DNA from: an uncultured Leptospirales bacterium
GTDB taxonomy: Bacteria > Spirochaetota > UBA4802 > UBA5550
Length of the DNA: 64,000 nt
Assembly: GCA_964491265.1 (NCBI GenBank)
Contig: CAZBFP010000021.1
Location: 406 to 64,405 of the forward strand
Reading direction: 5' to 3'
Shown: one piece after another, positions 47,391 to 57,611 of the stretch
How positions within the stretch are numbered: the first letter of the stretch is position 1
Layout of the letters: each line of letters begins with the position of its first letter
Notes under the pieces: generated by a model
Told to the model about the DNA's origin: nothing
The model's database searches: none
The model's input: only the letters and a program-made list of their open reading frames with translations
Program-made: the position numbers and the translations under genes

Positions 47391-47577
47391 AATTATCAGG
47401 TATATATAGAATCATCCATTATATTCTTTAATCAGTCAATAATATAATTCATTAAAAAAAGATATGCTGCCAGACGAGCACGGGAGACGTCTTTCCAGAC
47501 AAAGATAGGGGAGGTCATATCATTTTCTATCTAAGTATCTTCGATAACACACAACTGTTTTAGATGCAACTCCCTGA

Positions 47578-48642
47578 TTATCGCTGAAGTTTTTCTAAAG
47601 CCTGTAATCTCATCTCCGCACGTGGTAAATATATTTTTGCGGTTTCTTCTTCCCGATCTACCAGTAAAATCTGTTTCATCAATTGTATACATAACTGGTA
47701 GTTTTGATTTTCATAAGCCTGAACACCTGCCTTCCGCCATTCTGGAATTTTATCTTTCAATTTGTTCCGTATAGATATTAACTGTTGCTGAGCTGGTTGA
47801 TAACGTTGTGCAATTTTTTCTAACAGCGGTATTGCCTGAAGTTCACCTTTCGTGTGAATTGTTCGAAGAGCAGTTTGATAGATACCTTCGTCTTGAATTT
47901 CAAGTTGATAATGAAGGGCTTGATCATCCCTGGGATCAAGAGCAAGAATTTCTGTAACCACTTCCTCAAGTTTTATCCAATCATCAGTATTCCTGGCTAT
48001 TGCAGCATCCTTGTGTAAAATTTTAATTTTTTTCGCATTTGGATTCTGAATTTCTGCAGGAGCGGTTAAGCGATAGCCTATGCCAAGACTAATACTTGTA
48101 TAATTCAGTTTATGACTAATATAAGGATATGATGAGATTTCTGCCTGTAGTTTTATTCTTAAATTCGATGTTATGTCAAAAAATATGCCTGTTCTAGCTT
48201 TAAAAAAGATACCATAATAATGATCGTTTTTCGATAATTTTTCTTCAATTAGATTCAAATCCGAAAATTGCCCCCCAACTGCAAAGAAAGGTGCCACTAT
48301 TTTCCCGGTTGTAAAAGAGTAAGGGAAGTAAATGGCTGGCAGCAACGAGTAGGAATAAATATTTGCTGTTGAGTTATCATTAGATGCAAATGCCCATCGG
48401 GAGTAACTTAATTCCTGAATAACAAAAACCTGATTATTTAAAAAACTGGTTGGAAAGCTGTATCCAAGACCAATGCCAAATCCCGGTTTTAACTCGTTAG
48501 CCCAGTCACCAATCGGCATAGTATAACCTGATGAAAGATCCAAATGACCATCTTTCCAGAAAAACTGCGAAGAGATGGCCTGGGGACTAAACGAAATAAA
48601 AATGCCAATTGTATATATAATAATCGGCATAGCCAAATGCAT
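47578..48642 (-). CDS. Hypothetical envelope protein: N-terminal beta-barrel-like half, C-terminal helical (TPR-like) half
   Basis: Signal/TM segment MHLAMPIIIYTIGIFISF, an alternating beta pattern, then a helical repeat region. The start was moved to ATG 48642. Confidence 0.4.
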   Translation of the reverse strand: MHLAMPIIIYTIGIFISFSPQAISSQFFWKDGHLDLSSGYTMPIGDWANELKPGFGIGLGYSFPTSFLNNQVFVIQELSYSRWAFASNDNSTANIYSYSLLPAIYFPYSFTTGKIVAPFFAVGGQFSDLNLIEEKLSKNDHYYGIFFKARTGIFFDITSNLRIKLQAEISSYPYISHKLNYTSISLGIGYRLTAPAEIQNPNAKKIKILHKDAAIARNTDDWIKLEEVVTEILALDPRDDQALHYQLEIQDEGIYQTALRTIHTKGELQAIPLLEKIAQRYQPAQQQLISIRNKLKDKIPEWRKAGVQAYENQNYQLCIQLMKQILLVDREEETAKIYLPRAEMRLQALEKLQR

Positions 48643-48682
48643 TTTTTTATTCTTCGTAATTACAGTTTCCAATTTCTCTTTA

Positions 48683-49981
48683 TCAATCGCCCTTAGGATC
48701 ATATATCCATAAATCATTTAGATAAACAGGAGTAGTTCCGTCATAGTTGCGACCCAAACCCACAATTAAACCATAATTATCTAATGCAGCAAATACCGGC
48801 TGATAACGGGGAGTTGCACCTGATTCCATCACAACCCATTGCTGAGTATTAAGATCGAATTTATACAAATCATTTACATAGCCATTAGCCGTTAATCCGC
48901 CAAAAACATATAGAGCATTATTGTAATAAAAAAATGCAGGGTCAAAACGCGCACCATTCGTACCTGATATACTCGATAAATCGCCTATCTGAGTCCAGAT
49001 TTTACTGGCAATTGAAAATTGCCAAAGCTGACCGGAAAGGACGCTGTCATAGCCGCCGAATAGATAAATGCTATCCCCTGCCTGTACCACTGCGTGGTGC
49101 CTGCGTACCGGGCCGTTACTGTCTAATAAAGTCCAGGAATTGCCGGAATAATTATAGCGCCAAATTTCATTGGTGTTCTCAGCTATAGGTGGATTTGCCG
49201 TATCTGCATACCCACCAATAACATACATATCAGTTGAAGATGCTGATGCTGCAACATAGTAACGCCCAAAGTCGGGAGATTGCAAAGGGTTAGCATTCGT
49301 CCAGGTGTTGGTTGCAATATCATATATTCTAGTATCATTATGTTTTATTGTACCATCGTGACCGCCGTATACATACAATTTATTATTATTAAAACTCATT
49401 GCATGATAAGCACGTGCAGGATGAAATGTATTTAATACTGTGCTGGAACCGGCAGCGAGATCATACCGGTGTAAGTCTCTTCTGTAACTTTCACCATCGA
49501 AACCGCCATAGATATATAATTGCTTGCCGTTTACAACCATTTTGGCTCCCTTGGCAGGCATAATAAATAAAGAATCAGTTATTTTATTCCATCTTCCAAT
49601 TGAAATTATATGGGAGCCGGATTTACAGATATAAAATTTATACGGAGGTTTTGCATTGGCATCTGGTGTAAAAAAAATTTCTTTATTGGATATTTCCTGT
49701 ATGGAACCATCATCTGTGGACAGGATTTCGCCCAAAGCTTTCTCAGAAAATCGATCGCCAGATACTGAGATTCTATAGTTTAAAGAATCTGTAGAAAAGT
49801 CCGGTGTGATAGTATATGTCTGTTGAACTAGATCATTATATTCACCTATACAATTCTCCTGTTCGATTTGACTGTAAGTTAAATCATCAATGCAGCTAGT
49901 AAAAACAATACTTACGATAAATGAAAGTAAATAAACCGGCGATGCTAGATAACAAAAATATTTCATGACACTTTTCCCCAA
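48683..49981 (-). CDS. Kelch-repeat beta-propeller lipoprotein
   Basis: Lipobox FTSC. Repeated LY.FGG/LYVYGG...W motifs (at least 5 blades). Confidence 0.75.
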   Translation of the reverse strand: MGKSVMKYFCYLASPVYLLSFIVSIVFTSCIDDLTYSQIEQENCIGEYNDLVQQTYTITPDFSTDSLNYRISVSGDRFSEKALGEILSTDDGSIQEISNKEIFFTPDANAKPPYKFYICKSGSHIISIGRWNKITDSLFIMPAKGAKMVVNGKQLYIYGGFDGESYRRDLHRYDLAAGSSTVLNTFHPARAYHAMSFNNNKLYVYGGHDGTIKHNDTRIYDIATNTWTNANPLQSPDFGRYYVAASASSTDMYVIGGYADTANPPIAENTNEIWRYNYSGNSWTLLDSNGPVRRHHAVVQAGDSIYLFGGYDSVLSGQLWQFSIASKIWTQIGDLSSISGTNGARFDPAFFYYNNALYVFGGLTANGYVNDLYKFDLNTQQWVVMESGATPRYQPVFAALDNYGLIVGLGRNYDGTTPVYLNDLWIYDPKGD

Positions 49982-50080
49982 TTCCCTGTAATTTCTTTTA
50001 TCTTTTTAGGAAAATGTGATAAACTCCAGTATGTTTCAACTCACCGCTCTGGTGTCAAAGAATCGGCCTTCGCGCAAATG

Positions 50081-50398
50081 TTAAAAAACAGCTTCCCCTA
50101 TGATCTTAATAAAAACAGCCATTAGAAAAAACATGTCAATAAATTTATCTCTTCTAAATTTCAAAATCTTTACAGGCGATCTAAGCAGTTTAATTTTTGA
50201 CTTGATATAAAATATAAGGATGTGCAGATTGGCTTTGCCCCCTCCAATTATCCCATGAGTTTTAATGATCCTTCTGATTACCTTATCCACGCAGAATGAA
50301 TACACTGTATCTTTAATCATATATTTTAAACAATCGGGCCTTTCCTGTAAATCTTCTATAACTGTACCCCTCCTGCGGTATTCCCGGATACGATGCAT
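50081..50398 (-). CDS. Doubtful 105-aa ORF, no family recognised
   Basis: ORF only. It lies in a repeat-containing intergenic region. Confidence 0.2.
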   Translation of the reverse strand: MHRIREYRRRGTVIEDLQERPDCLKYMIKDTVYSFCVDKVIRRIIKTHGIIGGGKANLHILIFYIKSKIKLLRSPVKILKFRRDKFIDMFFLMAVFIKIIGEAVF

Positions 50399-50775
50399 GG
50401 CGGCTGCAAGGCTCTTAAAAGATTATAAAGGCAAAACCATATCTATAAAAGAAGCGGAATTATTTCAAACCGCGCTGTAACATTATTTTAATAACAAAAA
50501 CATAATACTTTGTTGATAATTATTGATATTAATACCTTAAATAGTGCAGAATAATAAATTATATCTCTCCACCCCCTCCAGCGGCGGGGAGAATAAATCA
50601 TTTTCTAATTAGAAAAAAAGTTCAGTAATTATCACTGAAATGATTTATAATATATTTCATTATACTTGACTAAAAATATTAGTCTGTAAAATTAGCTTAA
50701 GCAGCAGAAATATAAAAAGCTGCTCTGTAATGTTGAAAAAAATGAATAAAAATAAGACACAAAAGAGGTGAAAGA

Positions 50776-51660
50776 ATGTTAAAGCGCGTAGGATTATTTC
50801 TTCTTACCAACCTGCTTGTTATAGTAACAGTAGGAATTATCATGAATATAGTTATGCCCATGCTGGGGATACAGGTTCAGGGGGGATGGATGGGCCTTGC
50901 TGTATTCTGCGGTGTATTCGGCATGACAGGGGCATTTATATCACTTGCCATAAGCAGATGGATGGCAAAAAGAGCATACAATATCCGATTAATCGGCCCT
51001 AATGAGCAGAATTTCGAGCTTCGCGAAATACACGCCATGGTAGCAAAACTTTCGCGCCAGGCCGGACTTCCTGAAGTTCCCGAAGTGGGAATATATGAAT
51101 CAGCAGATCCCAATGCCTTTGCAACAGGCCCTTCAAAAAGCAAAGCTCTTGTTGCTTTTTCAACAGGTCTTTTAAGATCAATGAAAAAGAATGAAGTGGA
51201 AGCAGTTGCAGGACACGAGATAGCACACATTGCAAACGGCGACATGGTTACAATGACTCTCCTTACAGGTGTTATTAACGCACTTGTTATGTTCCTTTCA
51301 AGGATGATAGCCCATGCAATAAACAATGCACTCAGAGGGGACGAAGGGGAAGGGGGACTCGGATTCTTCGCCTATATTATGGTTGTAATGTTCCTGGACA
51401 CATTTTTTATGATACTTGCATCAATTCCAATTGCAGCCTTTTCTCGATACAGGGAATACAGGGCGGATGCTGGAGCAGCTAAATTAACATCACCATCAGC
51501 AATGGCAGATGCCCTTATTGCGCTCTCCAAGGCAGCAGGGATTGAAACAAAAAAAGATTCATACGCTATTGCAAAAATCAGTTCAAACAGAAGAACATCA
51601 CTATGGGCAACGCACCCCTCGATTGAATCACGGGTTGAGCGCCTCAGAAGAATGGTTTAA
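50776..51660 (+). CDS. htpX: Membrane zinc metalloprotease HtpX (M48)
   Basis: HEIAHIANGD, 4 TM segments, C-terminal ATHPSIESRVERL. Confidence 0.92.
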   Translation: MLKRVGLFLLTNLLVIVTVGIIMNIVMPMLGIQVQGGWMGLAVFCGVFGMTGAFISLAISRWMAKRAYNIRLIGPNEQNFELREIHAMVAKLSRQAGLPEVPEVGIYESADPNAFATGPSKSKALVAFSTGLLRSMKKNEVEAVAGHEIAHIANGDMVTMTLLTGVINALVMFLSRMIAHAINNALRGDEGEGGLGFFAYIMVVMFLDTFFMILASIPIAAFSRYREYRADAGAAKLTSPSAMADALIALSKAAGIETKKDSYAIAKISSNRRTSLWATHPSIESRVERLRRMV

Positions 51661-51668
51661 TATATTAA

Positions 51669-51692
51669 GTGCCTCCGGAAATCCGGAGGCAC
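51669..51692. terminator. 10-bp GC-rich hairpin GTGCCTCCGG-AAAT-CCGGAGGCAC between convergent htpX and the ABC ATPase gene
   Basis: Read directly. The flanks are A/T-rich on both sides. Confidence 0.4.
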
Positions 51693-51705
51693 TTATAAAA
51701 AGATT

Positions 51706-52503
51706 TCACTCCGCGGAAAGAAGAACCTCGTCATTAGTCAAAGCTTCATGTTTAATATCATAAAACTTTTTAACAAGTCCCTCAACAGTAAGATTTTTCT
51801 TTTCATTCCCCGAAATATCAAGAATAATCTCACCCTTATGCATCATTAAAATCCGGTTCCCGTATTTTATTGCATGACTCATATTATGAGTAATCATCAT
51901 GGCAGTAAGCTTTCTTTCACTAATAAAACGGTCTGTAAGCTCAAGTACAATTGCCGCATTTTTCGGATCAAGTGCTGCAGTATGCTCATCAAGAAGTACA
52001 AGCTCAGGCCTGGACAGTACAGTCATGAGAAGGGTCAGAGCCTGCCTCTGCCCCCCTGAAAAAAGCTGCAGATTATCATCCATTCTGTGTTCAAGACCCA
52101 TATCAAGGACTTTCAGTTCCTGCTTAAACTTCTCCCTCATTTTCCGGTTAAGGCTTATTACAGGCCACTTAAACCCTTTTTTACTGCAGATTATCATATT
52201 ATCTTCAAGACTCATGTTAGAAGCAGTGCCAAGAAGGGGATCCTGGAAAATTCTTCCGATATATTGGGCCCTTTTATATTGAGGCATTTTAGTAACATTT
52301 ATATCATTTAAAAAGATGTCCCCTTTTGTGGGTGTAAAAAATCCGGCAATAGTATTAAACAGGGTAGTCTTCCCTGCTCCATTGCTCCCCACAATAGTTA
52401 TAAAATCCCCCTCCTTAACAGTAAGATTAACACCCCTTAAAGCGGTATTTTCATTTACTGTGCCCTGGTTAAAAACCTTTGTTATATTTTCAAGCCTGAT
52501 CAT
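51706..52503 (-). CDS. ABC transporter ATP-binding protein (COG1101-like)
   Basis: Walker A GSNGAGKTT, signature FSGGQRQ, Walker B VLLDEH. The start was moved to ATG 52503 (GGTGGA RBS). Confidence 0.85.
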   Translation of the reverse strand: MIRLENITKVFNQGTVNENTALRGVNLTVKEGDFITIVGSNGAGKTTLFNTIAGFFTPTKGDIFLNDINVTKMPQYKRAQYIGRIFQDPLLGTASNMSLEDNMIICSKKGFKWPVISLNRKMREKFKQELKVLDMGLEHRMDDNLQLFSGGQRQALTLLMTVLSRPELVLLDEHTAALDPKNAAIVLELTDRFISERKLTAMMITHNMSHAIKYGNRILMMHKGEIILDISGNEKKNLTVEGLVKKFYDIKHEALTNDEVLLSAE

Positions 52504-53398
52504 TTTTCCACCTTCTGAAGAAATTTCCCTGATTCCTTGAACGGGCAATAATAAGACATACAATAATCAGAAGACCTGCAAGAAGCTTCAAGTCATTGGG
52601 TGTAAGCCCTATATGATAGCCGTAATATCTGCCAAGATACATTATAGCTTTATAAATTATTGATCCTATGAGAACCCTCAGGGTCAGAACCCATATTCTG
52701 TTAGAGGTGAGTATAAACTCCCCTATCATTACAGAAGCAAGACCCATAATTACAATACCGGTTCCAAGCCCCACATCAGCAAACCCCTGGTATTGAGCAG
52801 CAAAAGCCCCTGATACAGCCACAAGCCCGTTGGAGAGCCCCACTCCGATTGCCTTCATAGTATTAATGTTTATCCCCTGGGAAATAACCATCTGTTCATT
52901 ATTACCGAGAGCCCCCAGGGTAAGCCCCATATCAGTTCTGAAAAATATATCGAGAAAAACCTTAATAGCCATTGCAACAAAGAAGAAAAATATAAGAATG
53001 GCATAATCCCTGGGAATTATCCCCTCAGTCCATTCAACAATATCGGTAAGTATTGTATGATTTTTCATCAGCGGAAGATTAGCCCTGTTCCCCAGAATCC
53101 TTATATTAATTGACCAGAGCATCGTCATAGTTAGAATCCCTGCCAGAAGATGGGGCACCTTTAACCTGTTATGAATAATAGCAGTAACTACACCTGCAGC
53201 AACCCCCCCTGCAAATGCCGCAAAGAGCGCAAAAAACACATTGTATCCGCTCACTATCATAGTGGCCATTATTGCCGCTCCAAGGGGGAAGGAACCGTCA
53301 ACAGTAAGATCGGGAAAATCGAGAATTCTGAATGTTATAAAAACACCCAGCACCATAATGCCGTAAATCAGGCCTTCAACAAATATACCTTCAATCAT
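52490..53398 (-). CDS. ABC transporter permease (COG4120-like)
   Basis: 302-aa polytopic protein overlapping the ATPase gene. No binding-protein gene lies in the operon. Confidence 0.78.
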   Translation of the reverse strand: MIEGIFVEGLIYGIMVLGVFITFRILDFPDLTVDGSFPLGAAIMATMIVSGYNVFFALFAAFAGGVAAGVVTAIIHNRLKVPHLLAGILTMTMLWSINIRILGNRANLPLMKNHTILTDIVEWTEGIIPRDYAILIFFFFVAMAIKVFLDIFFRTDMGLTLGALGNNEQMVISQGININTMKAIGVGLSNGLVAVSGAFAAQYQGFADVGLGTGIVIMGLASVMIGEFILTSNRIWVLTLRVLIGSIIYKAIMYLGRYYGYHIGLTPNDLKLLAGLLIIVCLIIARSRNQGNFFRRWKNDQA

Positions 53399-53530
53399 AA
53401 ATAAATCCTTAAATCAGAAATACCCTTAAAAAAGAGTTTATTGCATCAGTAATTAGTATCAATGTTAATTCATTAACCTTTATTCGGAATAAATGCTCTA
53501 ATATTGGGGCTGCCTAAAAAGTATTTTTCT

Positions 53531-53635
53531 TGTCATACCGGCTATAGCGAAGCGGAATGCCGGTATCTCATACACCTGATTCTATCAGGAGATTCCGGTA
53601 TTTACACAAACTGAAGTTGCAAAACCGGAATGACA
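53531..53635 (+). repeat. R2 MITE-like element, copy 3 (divergent)
   Basis: TGTCATACCGGC...CTCATACACCTGATTCTATCAGGAGATTCCGG...AACCGGAATGACA, colinear with copies 1 and 2. Confidence 0.6.
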
Positions 53636-53661
53636 AATTCATTAAAATCCGACTTTTGGGA

Positions 53662-53722
53662 CATCCCCACACGGAACAGCATAATTACACTAAAAGATAT
53701 CTTTAATAATAATTACTGAATT
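53662..53722 (-). repeat. R3 repeat, copy D (left half only, degenerate hairpin)
   Basis: The reverse complement reads TTCAGTAATTATTATTAAAGATATCTTTTAGTGTAATTATGCTGTTCCGTGTGGGGATG. Confidence 0.5.
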
Positions 53723-53778
53723 ATTATATAAACAGTTCAAATGTTCTGTCAGGAAGAAGCATGTCAATAAAAAATATG

Positions 53779-53900
53779 CATTAATTATTCCGGAAGATAT
53801 CTTTTAGTGCAATAATGCTGTTTTCAATATCCCCGCCGCCTAGGTTGGCGGGGATATTAAAGCATTCTATCTTAAATAAAAACCAGGAAATTAACACTAA
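53779..53900 (+). repeat. R3 repeat, copy B (full length, imperfect hairpin)
   Basis: ...TTAGTGCAATAATGCTGTTTTCAATATCCCCGCCGCCTAGGTTGGCGGGGATATTAAAGCATTCTAT...GGAAATTAACACTAA, colinear with copy A. Confidence 0.65.
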
Positions 53901-54027
53901 AAATATTATAAATTTACTTTGATCAAAACATATACCTTTAATTTCAAACTTGACTTTTAAGAGACAATATATAAAATTATTTATCTCATCTTTAATTAAG
54001 AGAATTTTGTACTGGAAAGGTAAAAAA

Positions 54028-54432
54028 ATGGAAATATTTGACGGTTTTATATCAGCAATTGCAAGTGAATTAAAGATCCCCTTTCACAAAGATGGGGAAG
54101 GTCACTATACAGCTACAATTGAATTCGATAACGGCAGATCCCAGGATATGCTGGTTACACTTCGCAGAGATGAGGCTGGAGACAGAGTAATAAACTATCA
54201 TTCTGAGATAATGGAAGTGAAAACCGACATGCCCGATCTTTATAAGTACTGTCTTGTGCTGAACAATACATTTGACTACGGCTCTCTGGCGCTTCGGGGG
54301 AATACCCTGGTTATGTATAATTCCATACTTCTTGAGGACTGCGACCCTGTGCGGTTTATTAAATCCTTAATATATATCGCAGCAAAAGCTGATGAACTGG
54401 AGGAGATGCTGGTAAAGGATGATTTGCATTAA
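54028..54432 (+). CDS. Hypothetical cytoplasmic protein, possibly YbjN/T3SS-chaperone-like fold
   Basis: ATG 54028 is preceded by GGAAAGG. The listed 53950 start is TTG in AT-rich repeat sequence. The family guess is from general sequence character only. Confidence 0.4.
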   Translation: MEIFDGFISAIASELKIPFHKDGEGHYTATIEFDNGRSQDMLVTLRRDEAGDRVINYHSEIMEVKTDMPDLYKYCLVLNNTFDYGSLALRGNTLVMYNSILLEDCDPVRFIKSLIYIAAKADELEEMLVKDDLH

Positions 54433-54514
54433 TCAGATCCCCTTCCCGGAGTAATACTGCACCCTCTTCTCCGGGGTGCAGAGGTGAGACAGTGCTGTTC
54501 AATCAAAAAAACCC

Positions 54515-55996
54515 CTACTCTCTGCTCCAGAACTTCTCTGCCAGATAATCAATTTTTGATTCAATATCTCTGTTAAAGGACTTATTGTCATTATTATACT
54601 GCTTCAATCTCCATTCAATGCTCTGCCTCCCCAGATCTTCAAAAAACTCCCACCTGTAACTGTACTCTCTGCCGTCAAGAATTGTCAATGCTTCGATCTG
54701 CCCTGCGGTCAGCCACCCGGATGAGATTTCATTTTCGATTTTCCCCGGATCCACTCTTATCTCCTTTATACCGGAAAGAGCTATAACCCGCTTAATCTCC
54801 TGATCTGAAAGTGAAAAAGCTGCCTTATCAAGTGCATTTTTAAAACTTACAGCATTATTATATTCAACATTTAAAAAATCGTCCTTTGCGGAAAAGTGAA
54901 TCCCCTCTGAAACCAGTTTTTTTGATACACTGTCAGAAATAGAATAGCGGACCTCCCTGAAAACCTGCTGATCAAAAACATTCTGAATAATAAAGAGAGA
55001 GATAAAACTTATAATGCATGCAATAACCGGTGTAGTAACCCAGCCGGAAGCGACTCGTCCCAGGAGCCTGTAATTGATGGTTCTCGCCCCCCTGGTAAGG
55101 CCTATACCGATTAAAGCTCCAATTACAGCCTGTGAACTTGAAACAGGGACAAGGGGAAACGCCGGAAGGCCCCTGGAAATAAGAAAGCTCTCCAGGCTCT
55201 GGGAGGCAAAAAGAAAAAGAACAAGCGATGAAGCGAGTACAACAATAAGTGCAGTTAGCGGGGTAAGATAAACAATTCCCTGCCCCACTGTTTTCATTAC
55301 CCTCTGAGAATAAGTAAATACACCTGCAGCAATGGCAACTCCTCCGAGAATAAAGAGCTGCTGGCTCCCTGACATATTCCCCAGAACTGTTTCAATATTA
55401 CGGAATGGTGCAACAGGAACAAAAACCCCCATAACATTTGCAATATTGTTTGCCCCCAGGGAATATGCGCCGAAAGCCCCCACAACAATTAGTCCAACAC
55501 GATTATAAAAATCGAGCATGAGCAGGTGTATTTTTACCCTCTTTAAAGCAAACCGGAAAACCATATAAATAATAAATGCAAAAACTCCGGCCAGTATGGG
55601 TGATGTTACCCAGCTCATAACAATTTTTGACAATGAATTCATATCAGTAAGTGATGAAGAGAAAAAATTCCACCCTATGATAGCCCCCACAATAGCCTGG
55701 GAAGTCGATACTGGAAGGTTCAGTTGAGTCATCCATAAAACTGTTAAAGCAGCAGAGAGGGCAACTATAAAAGCTCCTGCAAGTTCATTTACCGACCCCA
55801 GGGTACCGAGAGTATGAGACGTCCCCCCTCCCGATATACCGGCTCCAAGAATAACAAATATTCCGGTAATAATCGCAGCAGTTCTGAACTTAACCATCTT
55901 TGAGCCTATTGCAGTACCAAAAACATTAGCAGCATCATTTGCCCCCAGCGACCAGCCCAGAAAAAGACCGCTTGAGAGAAAAAAGATAACCATCAT
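54515..55996 (-). CDS. Inorganic phosphate transporter, PiT (PHO4) family, with a C-terminal soluble extension of about 140 aa
   Basis: Duplicated GANDAANVFG / GANNIANVMG motifs. Confidence 0.9.
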   Translation of the reverse strand: MMVIFFLSSGLFLGWSLGANDAANVFGTAIGSKMVKFRTAAIITGIFVILGAGISGGGTSHTLGTLGSVNELAGAFIVALSAALTVLWMTQLNLPVSTSQAIVGAIIGWNFFSSSLTDMNSLSKIVMSWVTSPILAGVFAFIIYMVFRFALKRVKIHLLMLDFYNRVGLIVVGAFGAYSLGANNIANVMGVFVPVAPFRNIETVLGNMSGSQQLFILGGVAIAAGVFTYSQRVMKTVGQGIVYLTPLTALIVVLASSLVLFLFASQSLESFLISRGLPAFPLVPVSSSQAVIGALIGIGLTRGARTINYRLLGRVASGWVTTPVIACIISFISLFIIQNVFDQQVFREVRYSISDSVSKKLVSEGIHFSAKDDFLNVEYNNAVSFKNALDKAAFSLSDQEIKRVIALSGIKEIRVDPGKIENEISSGWLTAGQIEALTILDGREYSYRWEFFEDLGRQSIEWRLKQYNNDNKSFNRDIESKIDYLAEKFWSRE

Positions 55997-55998
55997 CG

Positions 55999-56643
55999 CT
56001 ACACAACCCTCTTCATTGCTGCTATGGCAAGATGATCAGCTATACTTTCGGCTATATCGGAGATTGTATCAATAGATACAATAAAATGCTTAACATGAAG
56101 CTTTGCTGCAAGATCAATATCCATTTCAAATATTTCTCTTTTTGCCTTATCTGCAATATGATCTGACTCATTTTCAAAAAATTTAACCTTATGAAGATGA
56201 TCCTTCACTGTATTTACATCGTAGAAATATGCTCTTGTTGACTGCACAAGGGCGTCTGTTGAATCCACAGCTGTTTCAGCCAGTTTCTTCATTCTGTCAT
56301 GCAGCGCTTCCGGGATACAGGGCTTTTCCACAACAAAACCGACAATAAGGGATTTTGAAAAATCGATAATGTCATCCATGTCCTCCAGAAGCTGGTACAC
56401 ATCGCTTCTCGACTCAGGGATAAGAGTCTGCACATAAAGCTGCGCCTGAATGTTCTGGCGAAGATCATCAGCTTTCCTTTCAAGTACTGTTATAGTATGA
56501 ACCTTCTCATTAAATTCTTCTGCTTTACCTGACAGATAAAGATCGAGCCCCCTTTCAAAATGGAGAACCGACTCGCTTACAAGATCTATGAAATTATCAA
56601 TTTTTATTACAAGATCCTTTGTAGCGCTGAAAATTGAATACAT
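55999..56643 (-). CDS. DUF47/PhoU-like phosphate transport regulator
   Basis: 214-aa helical protein immediately upstream of the PiT gene. This pairing is conserved. Confidence 0.8.
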   Translation of the reverse strand: MYSIFSATKDLVIKIDNFIDLVSESVLHFERGLDLYLSGKAEEFNEKVHTITVLERKADDLRQNIQAQLYVQTLIPESRSDVYQLLEDMDDIIDFSKSLIVGFVVEKPCIPEALHDRMKKLAETAVDSTDALVQSTRAYFYDVNTVKDHLHKVKFFENESDHIADKAKREIFEMDIDLAAKLHVKHFIVSIDTISDIAESIADHLAIAAMKRVV

Positions 56644-56747
56644 GGCTCCCCCCTACCCCTTTAACAATCAAAGACTAAATCCGCCTGTAAAAAAAGCGAC
56701 TGAAATGTCGCTTTTTTAATCCAAATATAGAATAAACTGCGACCCTT

Positions 56748-57611
56748 CTATTCTTTTACCAGATAACTCCCTGCATATCTGCTGTCCCCCTGGATCTCTT
56801 CAAGGAGCTGAAATGCCTTATCTTTTGATGCAACAGGCCCGATCCTTACCCTGAAATAATTTTTCCCGTTTACCACAGTTCTGTCCACATAAGAGTCAAA
56901 ACGTTTCGACTTCAGGACATTTCTCTCCTGCTCTGCCCTGGCAAGCACATCATATGATGCCACCTGTACAGCGAATCCTCCTGTAGCTTTCCTGGTTTCC
57001 ATATCCCTTGAGACCTCCTGAACCCGGCTCTTCCCGGAATCTATTCTCTTCTCAGAAGGTTTTCTGTTTTCATTCTTTTTTGCGATCTGTTTTGCAGGCT
57101 GTTCTTTCGGCTTTGTTTCAACCCTGGCCTGTTTTACAGTTTTAGGAACCGGCTTAACAGCTTTTTTTGCCGGGGGGATAATCTCTTTAATATTATCACC
57201 GGTTAACACATCAGCTTTCCCCCTGTTTACATCTGCAGTAAGAGATGTGCCGGTTCCGGTTTCACCTGCAGAGGAGGATCCATCCGTAATCCCTGGTGAC
57301 ATATCTGGAAGCCCTGAAACAGAAAAACCCCCGCTCTCCTTCACATCATCTGAAATATTAAAACCGGGGAGAGGAGGAACATCTTTACTGAAAAGATCAA
57401 TCCCGCTCTTCTCATCAAGATTAAAATCATTCAATGAAAGATTTCTCTGAGAGGATTTATCATCCTTCATCAGGCTCATGCCCAGAAGAAAGGAAGCTGT
57501 AATAATACCAATTACAATTGAAGAGAGTATAATTATTCTGGGAGTATCAAGATGCACTACATAGAGATTTTTTTCTCTTACCCCTTTCGGTCTTGGCTCA
57601 AAATTTTCCAT
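56748..57611 (-). CDS. SPOR-domain protein (TM anchor, Pro/Lys-rich linker, C-terminal SPOR)
   Basis: GGFAVQVASY...NGKNYFRVRIGP. Confidence 0.75.
   Translation of the reverse strand: MENFEPRPKGVREKNLYVVHLDTPRIIILSSIVIGIITASFLLGMSLMKDDKSSQRNLSLNDFNLDEKSGIDLFSKDVPPLPGFNISDDVKESGGFSVSGLPDMSPGITDGSSSAGETGTGTSLTADVNRGKADVLTGDNIKEIIPPAKKAVKPVPKTVKQARVETKPKEQPAKQIAKKNENRKPSEKRIDSGKSRVQEVSRDMETRKATGGFAVQVASYDVLARAEQERNVLKSKRFDSYVDRTVVNGKNYFRVRIGPVASKDKAFQLLEEIQGDSRYAGSYLVKE

Noticed and set aside
50081-50398. 105-aa ORF considered as a possible REP-associated (RAYT) or IS200-type transposase, given the nearby repeats
   Set aside because: It has no HUH or Y1 motif and no N-terminal HRRSIRL-type signature. 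It is kept only as a doubtful ORF.
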